DNA of 64,000 nucleotides from Halocafeteria seosinensis. Lineage: Eukaryota. The stretch's first letter is position 1, and every line of letters starts with the position of its first letter. The translations under genes were made by a program, and so were the position numbers. The notes below the pieces were generated by a model. It was not told the origin of the DNA and ran no database searches. It saw only the letters and a list, made by a program, of their open reading frames with translations. This document shows, one piece after another, positions 1-9,824 of the stretch. The stretch lies in NCBI GenBank assembly GCA_001687465.1, contig LVLI01000033.1, forward strand, positions 1-64,000, written 5' to 3'.

Positions 1-720
1 GTTTATGAAGCCTGTTAGAGCATGTAGGCCTTCGTCCCTGCAGACTAGCTGCTTGNGGGTTTTCACGGACATCCCGGAGGGCCCTGGACCCGAGATCACT
101 TTCATTGCCTGGACCTGGCCCTTAACTAGTGATGGGGTTGCACACACTTCAGGCTCTATGTCTGAGGCGCCGAACTCGTGGAGCCTGTCCGGGTGCAAGG
201 TTAGTAACTTGCTCCTTAACTCCGGAGTGTCTCGGGCGATCCCTTTTGAGGTCAGGCATTTGGTCGCTCTTGCCACAGATCCCCTCTCGAGCTCCCGCAT
301 TGCCGCAATAATCGGGTGCTCGTCCTCCGGGATTCCATTTTTCTGCTTGTCTAGCCACTGTTGGGTGGGCTGGAACATCTCCTCGTAACATTGGTCCCTT
401 CCTGCCACCGCTCCTCTTAGGTTGTCGGATAGCTGTTGGAGATCTTTGCTGGATGTCAAGTGCCCTCCTCTGGCGTTGAAAGTCGGTATCCTTTCTTGTT
501 GCTTCGCTGGGCAAGATTTGATGTGTTGGGCTACGCTCACAAACGGATTGCGGCAGTGCTCGCATCTTCCGAGGCGACGCTCCAGGAGCGCTTCATCGTT
601 AACGTCTTCCGGTTTGTGTTTCTTGCGCAGGTGATCCGCTAATTTCGTTGCAGTGACTGCCGAGTAAGCGCAGTGTATCACCGGACAAGCGTGTACCTTG
701 TCATTTCGATGGTGCGGCTG
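1..720 (-). mobile_element. 5'-truncated copy of the CRE-like non-LTR retrotransposon (zinc fingers + RT N-terminal part); runs off the left edge
   Basis: Bases 1-720 are the reverse complement of 2650-3369 with only a handful of substitutions (compare ORFs 149..565- and 2805..3182+). Identity stops abruptly at 720/2650. Confidence 0.9.
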
Positions 721-1193
721 ATTTTGAACAATTCTGTTGGCTTTGTTGTACTTCAACTTGGGTACAAACCCTTTGGTTGAGAAAATACAATATACAAAGG
801 GGTACCATGGAAATAATCCTTGGGGTATCAATTGGCTTGCTTATTTTGCTGTGGATATACCGGAGTGCGCAACAAGCACCGATCATAAAACGGAAACTAC
901 CTATCCGGAAGTTGCGCCATGCTACTAGCCCGACGGACACTGTGAAGCAGAAGAGACTCGATCGGCAGCGTAAGCAGGCATGGTTGCAAGAAGCACGGCC
1001 AGCAACGAGCAGAGGAGAAGCAGACAGGGACGTGCAGACCACGAGGGAAATACACCGCACATCAGTAAACGAAATCACAGCGCGCCAAAACCCTCGTGGC
1101 AACTTCGCGCGCGCAGAATCGAACCCAGCGCCAAGCGGAACACAAGGCACACAGCGCACCACAAACAATAACGATGATAGCAACCTCGCAAGC

Positions 1194-2030
1194 GACACAC
1201 CAAAGGGATCCGACGAAGAAGGATCGGATAACACTATGGACCTCCTCCAGGACTTAAATGCAACAGAACTCTCTGCGGACACACCAAGAGGATCCGACGA
1301 AGAAGGATCGGATACCACGATGGAGGAAATGTTTGGGTGCCATGGGAGGTAATAAAATTCGTGCAGGTCGTTCATGGTCCGGAGAAAACCGATCCGTCTG
1401 TCGCTATCCATCAGCTCCTTGTGTGCAGGAACAACGCGCAGTACCGTGCTGCAGTGACGTCTGAATGTCCTTGGGAAGGCATGTCATCAGTGCGGGTGTA
1501 ATTTTTTGCGCAGGCGCTGAATTACCTCAAAAATGGCTTTATCATTGGCCCAAACAACAGCATGTCATACATGAGGATTCAGTCCTCAGCGATTATCATT
1601 GTTTACACAATCGCAAACAAAAAAGACAAATGTTGCTTCCCCCCCCATTCGATTCGACAAGCTACTGCATGATGATGATGATAATGACGTTTTGTCGTTG
1701 TTTGCGGTCGACAAGTCACTCAAAGACGGTGGCAACAAGAATGTAGACAAGAATGGAGGACCACCCGGTAGAATCTGACCCCTTGTTCCGGTGCGTTTGA
1801 CGTATTCTGTGCGAGGACCTCTTTTGCGAAATGTGCCTTTCTAACGTGTACCCCGGGCAGTAGTAATAAGGCTCTTGATCACGACCTTCCGCGACGAGGT
1901 ATCACTACGCATCTCCTCCAAGACTTAAATGCAACAGAACTCTCTGCGGACACACCAAAGGAATCCGACGAAGAAGGATCCGATAACACTATGGACCTCC
2001 TCCAGGACTTAGGCGCAACAGAACTCTCTA
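1194..2030 (+). repeat. 84-bp (28-aa, DTPKGSDEEGSDNTMDLLQDLNATELSA) coding tandem repeat, split by an insertion
   Basis: Units start at 1194 and 1278. The array breaks at ~1324 and resumes in register at ~1913, continuing to ~2030. Confidence 0.9.
1325..1912. other. ~590-bp unrelated insertion inside the retroelement repeat array
   Basis: The repeat unit ...ATGGA|CCTCCTCC... is cut at 1324 and resumes at 1913. The intervening DNA has no similarity to the unit and no obvious TIRs or TSD. Confidence 0.75.
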
Positions 2031-3757
2031 CGGAGGAGGACTCCAGGATCTACGCAGTCTTCTTCGATGGAGCGGCCAGAAGCAACGGAGATCGGGGGGA
2101 GTCATCTTACGCTGCGTGCGCATTTCGAGTTCTTCCGCACACAGTTCAATTCGAAGCTGCCTCCTCTGGACTGATTGAGGAAGGCACCAACGTTGCCGCG
2201 GAATGGAGAGCGGCAGAGGAAGCCATCTGGCTAGCCCTCCAAATCCATCGCCGGAAGACGCAAGCGTGGTTTTCATTGGCGACAACCTAGACGTCGTCAA
2301 TCAAATGAGGGGAAAACGTGGCGGCAGGTCAACGCTGCAGATCGAGGTCAAGAGAAGAATCCGTCACAACCTGTGTATCTTCAAAAGTCAGATAGCCAGG
2401 CATGTGTCCCGTACCTACAACAAAATTCCCGACTTCATGGCCAATGAGAAGATAGACAACCCGCACACGCCAGCACAGGAGCTGGGGGAAAAGCTACCGC
2501 GGCACTGGCTAGCAGATGCTCGGAGGACGATCCAAGCAGCACTACAACAGGTCAGCAACGAAGAATGTGCACAAACCAACACGGAACCAACCTCCCAGCG
2601 AGCCACTGCAGCCCATGAGGAGACAACAGAAGCCACCCGCCAACCTCTACAGCCGCACCATCGAAATGACAAGGTACACGCTTGTCCGGTGATACACTGC
2701 GCTTACTCGGCAGTCACTGCAACGAAATTAGCGGATCACCTGCGCAAGAAACACAAACCGGAAGACGTTAACGATGAAGCGCTCCTGGAGCGTCGCCTCG
2801 GAAGATGCGAGCACTGCCGCAATCCGTTTGTGAGCGTAGCCCAACACATCAAATCTTGCCCAGCGAAGCAACAAGAAAAGATACCGACTTTCAACGCCAG
2901 AGGAGGGCACTTGACATCCAGCGGAGAGCTCCAACAGCTATCCGACAACCTAAGAGGAGCGGTGGCAGGAAGGGACCAATGTTACGAGGAGATGTTCCAG
3001 CCCACCCAACAGTGGCTAGACAAGCAGAAAAATGGAATCCCGGAGGACGAGCACCCGATTATTGCGGCAATGCGGGAGCTCGAGAGGGGATCCGTGGCAA
3101 GAGCGACCAAATGCCTGACCTCAAAAGGGATCGCCAGAGACACACCGGAGTTAAGGAGCAAGTTACTAACCTTGCACCCTGACAGGCTCCACGAGTTCGG
3201 CGCCTCAGACATAGAGCCTGAAGTGTGTGCAACCCCATCACTAGTTAAGGGCCAGGTCCAGGCAATGAAAGTGATCTCGGGTCCAGGGCCCTCCGGGATG
3301 TCCGTGAAAACCCTCAAGCAGCTAGTCTGCAGGGACGAAGGCCTACATGCTCTAACAGGCTTCATAAACCTCGTGATCCAGGGCCGAGCGAAGCCAAAAT
3401 ATCGTGACCTAATCACGGGCAGCAGGTTGATCCCATTACGAAAAGATGACAACGGAGTAAGGCCTGTGGCAATCGGAGAAGTCATCGCGAGACTGGCCTC
3501 GAAAGTTCTGAACCGACAGCATAAGAAAGCCTTTGCAGAATACTTCGCTGGATTACAGTTCGGAGTGAACGAGGCGGGTCCTGTCTCGACGAAAACGACC
3601 TAAAAACAGATTTTCCGTGACGGAAAGTCTGGTCCGGGCGGTCGTAAGGAAGCGCGGATGGCATTTCCGCTCCCGAAACTTAACGGTCGGGCGCGGGATC
3701 TGGGCCTCATAACTTGAGTCATAAGGGACGGCCTTACCACCTTCGTGAGGTGCCACC

Positions 3758-4273
3758 CAGGGTTTGAAATCCGCGGGTATACTTACCCGCACCCGCCCGC
3801 GCTCAAACTTTGCGGGTATTGCGGGTATGCGGGTATAGTGAATATTTGAAGAAAGTTTTGGTGTTTTCGCAATTCTAACCATGTGTAAGTCCATATCAGC
3901 ACAAATCCACCCTAAATACAACGTTTTGGTTTCATCATACACCTTTAATCTCGCTAAATGGCAGGATCAGTACACACGAGTCAACGGAGTTCAGCCAGTG
4001 GCTGTTTGTGAAGCAAAAAGCTACAAAGTTGCAAGACTCGGAGACTCCTCAAATACCCGTGTTGTACGGCGTAAATCACGTATATGGTACCGTATTAGGC
4101 ATAAAATTACGAGAATGCTTGAAAAATAGAGTTCTAATGGCTCTACTCGGCTAAAATTGGGAAGCTTCAACATCGGACTTTACCCGCATACCCGCCCGCG
4201 ACCCGCAGGGTGCCAGACCGCGGGTACCCGTACCCGCCCGCGGGTAACCGATACCCGCAAATTTCAAACCCTG
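3758..4273. mobile_element. hAT-like MITE (516 bp)
   Basis: Perfect 13-bp TIRs CAGGGTTTGAAAT (3758-3770) and ATTTCAAACCCTG (4261-4273), dense subterminal ACCCG/CGGGT motifs at both ends, no convincing coding capacity. Confidence 0.8.
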
Positions 4274-5623
4274 GGGCACTGCCACCGTGCCACCCTCGTT
4301 TCTGTGGACGCCAGCCTGCTATAACCATACTTTTCCGTCAATTTTCCGTTCCCAGTTTGCACACGCATATGCTCCATCGTCTTATCCAACTACTCAACCT
4401 TTGTCCAATATTTTCAGTAAACATACATGATGCGCAGCGGATGTGAATACACCGGCAAAAGCGTGCTACTTGTCACCTGCAAAGGCGAAAACAAAGGAGC
4501 AGAATTCATCATACTGCAAACACAATTCTCATCCATATCTCACGTTCATATTACACCCCCGAATAGCTAAGCGCACTATCAATCTACTACGCCCACGATA
4601 ATGAATGTATTGTCAGTGGATATTATGTTATGGGCATCCGAATATCCCCACAAAAGCGTGCACCTTGTCGCAAAAAAGGAGGGTTGGAAAAAGCTCCAAA
4701 TACACACGCTTAACGTCGATATTCCCTGGATCTTTTGTGGGCCCTACCGTGCCTAGAGAATGCACTTACCAGTCGGACCTCGAAAACGTGGCCTGCAATA
4801 GTATTCCGGTCAGTGAGAGCCTTTGAAATCCGGCGATATTTTTACCCCAGCTGCAAGTTCCCAGACAAGCGCCCGCAAAAGCGAGCACATTTTTTGGATA
4901 CACCACAGAGTGCCGCCGAGCCATACATGTGGCCTGTCTTTCAACTAATCACATTAGAATTGAACAATGTATCATAGCATCTTATCCTCGTTGAGATCAA
5001 TTCCTCCTATATTGGTCAATAGATCCTCCAAAGTGGGCAGCCAAAAGCGCACCAACCCACCCTCAAAAGGCGCACCTTCTTTGGCAAGCTCTTATTTCAC
5101 CATTCGTGCTCAGAATTGTATATTTCTTGTTTTGAATGACAGTAAAACAGTAAAAGTGCTATATGGACTACAAATAGTATATCTCCTTTTTTTAATGCAG
5201 CCGAAAGCGACGGAATATGCCAACAAAGTCACCCGCCAAAGCGCACCCAGCTCAGGAAAATTGCCCCATGTTGTTTGTGGTTGTATCTCGATAGCGGATG
5301 GATGGACCCAGATGCCAAGACTAGATTTGGAATCCCTGTTAAAATGCGGCTCAGAAGCGGTGTCGTATGTTACATGAAGTGGCCTAGGGATGGAAATACA
5401 ATTTTACCCGTGGGTAAAATATAATTTTGCCGATCTGGGCGATTTGTCCTGTACACCTCTGGGTATGCGGAGTCATAAGCTGTATAGTGGTTTTAAGAGT
5501 ACGTAAGACGAGTAATCACGCACATGTTTGAAAAATACGACATAGAAAAACCATTGGCATAGCATTTTGACTGCTACAATGCCCAAATCTACGACAGCAA
5601 GCAGACCGGAGCTAGTAACGGGT

Positions 5624-8600
5624 TTAGGACAGACCCGGTAGAATCGTAGCGACACCCCCCCTTTTTAAAACGATCAACTCCGAGTTCTTCGGAAGTTTAC
5701 AACTGCGGTTGCCTTTGACTTGACAGATCGTCGATTCTCCCTTGACAATAGCGTACCTATCGGTATCAGTGACGCCCTCCTGAATTTTCCCGATATTTAC
5801 CTTGGCAGAGGTGGTGATGATTACCAGGGAACAGAAACATTCCAGATCAGTCAATTCTTTCGGCAATGCCTTCTCCACTTCGTCAATTATGTCACCTGTC
5901 CCTAGTGAGGTATTTTCCAGATAATTCTTATACTGAAATAGCACAAGATGCTGTTTACGCCCGTCTCCGACTGTAATGGACTCTTGAAGTAAAATGGCAT
6001 CATCGCTGGAGGACTGTCCCTTCCTAGCGTATAACGTCCACCGTTCCAGAAGGGGCAATACATCCCCCCAGTCTTTCGGATACAGATGGGGCCCATTGGA
6101 CGGAATCTCAAATAATAATGCAGGAATCTCTTCTTCAATTTGCGCCTTAAACTCTTTTTCTCTCTTTCCCCTTAGCGTTTTCCCCCGAGGGCGCTTCTCA
6201 TTGAGAACCGCTGGGATGAACCGCATAGTTTCAATCCTCGCTGGCTGGTTGCCCCAAACCGTAGCCTCTGCTGGAATCCCGCCAAAAACATTGTTCCATA
6301 CTAACGGGGCTTTGGTTGAGTTGTAGTGCAATCCAAAAACCGATACTCTCATTCTGATGACAAAAGGAACTAAGAGCTCAAAATGGTCGTTCGTATTGCA
6401 TTTGGCCCAGTCGACTAAGGACATCAATTGCGCACTCCTATCTAACTCCTCTACAAGAGATCGAAAATCACCACTCTCAGTGATGCACTTCGGAAGAGCT
6501 ATTACGATGGTATCCGTTGCTGCATCACGGGATTTAACGTATCCGTACAGCATCCGAACTAGATCTATCATTTCCATCTCATTGTAAGTCTTGTCTTGCC
6601 AGATCAAATCAGAATTTCCAGAGCATAGCTTCCTTATGTGTTTAGCTACGCTACCCACCAACGATTGAGGGCATACGGCCAAATTCCATTGTGCTACTAT
6701 AAAGAGCAAGACAACATACTCCACCGCACCCTCATTTACTTTCCAATCGGAAAACGTATCCGCGACCACAGACTGCATCACGTTAGACACTGTCTTATCG
6801 CTGAGTAGATCCTTGAGTTCACTGCTCTCGAATGATGCAGTGATCAATCTGGGAGCGCCACCGCTATACTTGAGCACGATCTTGGCTGCTTTTGTAACAT
6901 GTGCACGACCCACCGGTACCTTAAACTGCGACGCAATCATCTCCTTGACATGCGACAGTTCTAGGGTAGTTAGCCACAGGGGACAGGAGCTCGTGGGAGG
7001 CTGGACGTTAGTCTTTATCAGTTGCAATCGGCCAACATCCTCATCTTTACTACTAAGGTACAGTGAAAGCCCTTGCTGTTTCAGAGGAAATTCACTCCAC
7101 AAATTTCGGATTCGTTTAACTCGCTCCATCACAGGGACACGATAGTCAACGCTGCTGCTTTGAGAGTAGTTTCCCAGTTCATCGACGTGAATTAACACGT
7201 GGGGATTATCGCTTTGTTCCCACTCCATAACGGACAAAAATTGGAGCCACACCTCACTGGCAGTAGGAACTTGCCGCTTGGTATCCCACCACAGCTGGAA
7301 GCTGTCTCGTTGCTCATTGCTCAAAACCCGTCGGTATGACTGTGACGCCTTGTCGTATAGAACCGCATCTAGGAGAGCACGGTACATAATTAAAGATGCT
7401 AGAGTAGTAGCTGCAACAAATAACCAGAGCGAGAACATCATACCAAACGATAGATTGTGTTACGAGGGAAAGGGCTTACGGTCTTTGTCACCATTTGCCG
7501 GAAGTAACGACCCATGAGCTAGAACCATGCCCTTTGCTGTGTTCACTACATCGTCTATATGCGTTTCCGACAAGTCACGCGATTTGAGGTTGGACCTAAT
7601 CTCCTCTTCCCGCAAATGAAACTGTCTAAGGCACTGTACCCCGAGCTGTGTCTTACCAGAGCCAAACGATAAGGCTGTGTAGGGTGTTACCTTTAGCGAT
7701 GAATCTGTGCCGGCGGAAAATGATTTGTGTATGCTTAAGGCTAAATCTGCCAAATCTTTAGTTCGATTGACGAATATCTTATAACAATCTTTAGATAGCG
7801 CGTCAGTAGACACCGTCCCGAGATGTTTGCGCCAACCTGCACCGTCTCCTCCAAACAAGAAGTCAAGCAATATCAGCCAACAATATCGTGAAGGAAGAAT
7901 AAAACCATAGCAGACTGCTGATCAAACCAACATGTGTCGAGTCAACATACCTTGTGTTTCTTCACGTTGGCGCTTTCGCCCCGTTCCCTCTGCACGAAAG
8001 CATGGAANAANCAANACGCGCGACAATTGGATCAGGATTCAAACCACAGCTCTTCTACTCGTCGATTCCTCGATACATACCTAAGTATTTCTTGCTTTCC
8101 CGATAAGCAAGTGCGCCCAAGTTATCTGTCTTCCAGTTCTTTTCGCCGAAAAGGCTTGCGAAGAAGTTCTTTGCGTTTTCTTCGGTATTGAATGGGAGTT
8201 CCCCAAATTCCAAGCCACGCTTTTCAATCTCGCGGATACATACTTCTTTAGTCTCTTCTGGGATTCCTTCTTCTTCCTTAACCCACTTGAGTAGTGCATC
8301 CGTTTTAGGTGGTCGTTTAGACGTTGTGCTGGGGTCTTCCTCTGCATCCACGCACATACGAACGACCGATACCTTTTTTGTAGTTCTTTGTCCCCTTTGA
8401 GTGTTCCAACAAGAACAGCTAAACCTTTTTGTAGTTTCATGTCCCCTTGAGCACCGCTACGACAGAGAAAACAAGGAAAGCCATCGAACTTACCGTTCTT
8501 TGTGGGTGCTTTAGAAGTAAGAGAACATTGCCTTTGGCTTGCAGATGCTGGTGCGCCTAAGGAAACCCGTTGGTGCTCGGTTGAGAGTGTATCAGGCAAT

Positions 8601-8909
8601 CCAGCTGTGCGCAGGAAAAGAAGAAAACAGCATGATGAAGATAAAGGATACCTGGGACACCAAATACGATAAAAGGGGATTCGATGCATCCTTACCTATT
8701 AAATCTTCGGGCGCATTTCCTGCTTCTCCCGTTTGTGCTGCCGCAGCATTAGCTGCTTGATTCCTTGTTCGCTGCCCCCTTTCACCATGTTCCCCCTTCT
8801 GGAGCTCGTTCTCCTTGAGCCTCGGGCTTTGTCTGGTACCGAAAGTTGTACTCTCTCCGATTCCAACTCCCCGTCCCCTTGCTTTACGCTTTCTGTTTCT
8901 ACGAGGCAT
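5624..8909 (-). CDS. Crinkler/RHS (CR)-type effector-like protein: basic N-terminus, SAM-like header, P-loop NTPase, C-terminal PD-(D/E)xK-like nuclease; multi-exon
   Basis: Walker A-like SFGSGKT, Walker B VLIHVDE, YSGGAPR motif, and C-terminal SSDDAILL..VLFQYKNY (D..QxK). Phase-compatible GT-AG introns at 7411-7479, 7837-7950, 7990-8080 and 8605-8695. Splicing between ~8340 and 8500 is unresolved. Confidence 0.7.
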
Positions 8910-9824
8910 TGCTATCTGAGAGTCTTAACGAAGGATACGAAAACGAAAAGCCAAAGAAGAAAGTTAAAGATAAAAACTCAGGAAAATCGTGTTATCGTGT
9001 TTACATAGAATAATATCAACACCACAATATAGAGCGACGAAAGATACGAATGCCGTAAGAACGATATTCATCACCACACAATACTACTTGTGTAGACTTC
9101 ATGAAATGCAACAAACGAGGTGCAGTTAGCTCTCTAATTTTACGCAATAATCAATCCTTGGAGTCCAACTTCAACTTGAAGGATTGTACGGTCCCGTGAC
9201 GTGACGTCACGTGGGACTCCCACGGTGGGAGTCCTGGGTAGGGCGTGGGGCACAACTTTTTTTCCCCGTGGCAGTGCCACGCCTGCCCAAAACACTTGGC
9301 ATGCCACGTTGGCATGCCAAAATTACAAAATGTTCTCAAAGTATGTAAGGCGGCGCGTTTTCGCCGGTATTTTTCGTAGTGTTGGTCTATTTTTGTTTCG
9401 AATTTTTAGCTAGAAGCGCCTCGCAGTGCAATCGTACTCGTCCTGTAGGTTTGCTTCCTTCTTTATTCTCTCTCCCTACTCCGCCGCCTCTTTGGAGCTA
9501 ATTCCAATAACCAGAGGATGGGCTGGGTCAACAAACATCTTCCGGGGTAATTTAGCACGCTTAGTCATCCCTTCAAGAATGAGCGCAAATTTATCTCTAT
9601 ACTCATTTCCGTTTGTAAAATGGCTTGGTCGGCACCTGCTTCGTCGGAGGCGGTGAACGCCTCTTCATTGTCGGGCCCGCTGCTGTTCAAAGGTGACGTT
9701 GCCGAAGCCGACTGGCTGTTAGAAGAGGAATCCGAAGAGGCCGCCGATGATTCATTGCTACATGACGGTAACTCTGTCTCGGCTAATAAATTGGAGGACT
9801 TGAATTCCGATTAATTATCGTATA

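Larger units (their letters stand above)
721..3580 (+). mobile_element. CRE-clade-like non-LTR retrotransposon, 3'-truncated and disrupted (N-terminal hydrophobic segment, acidic repeats, RNase H, 2 zinc fingers, RT N-terminus)
   Basis: RNase H motifs FFDGAARSNG..TNVAAEW..GDNLDVVNQM..HVSRTYNKIPDFMAN (frameshift near 2250). Zinc fingers CPVIHC..HLRKKH and CEHC..HIKSC. RT start SGPGPSG..LIPLRKDDNGVRPVAIGEVIARLASK..QFGV, typical of CRE/SLACS/CZAR/Cnl1-type RTs. Homology ends near 3580, before the catalytic YxDD. Confidence 0.85.

Noticed and set aside
1194..2030. Repeat-spacer-like pattern resembling a CRISPR array
   Set aside because: The units are contiguous in-frame coding repeats with a single insertion. 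There are no unique spacers or cas genes, and the context is eukaryotic.
4400..5500. Several short ORFs and a small hairpin (ATTTTACCC-GT-GGGTAAAAT, ~5401-5420)
   Set aside because: No recognisable motifs or consistent gene model.
7460..7462. In-frame TAA between ORFs 7460..7870 and 5624..7441, suggesting a pseudogene or non-standard code
   Set aside because: It lies inside a canonical GTAAGC..TTGCAG intron (7411-7479) whose removal keeps the frame. Other genes here use TAA as a normal stop.
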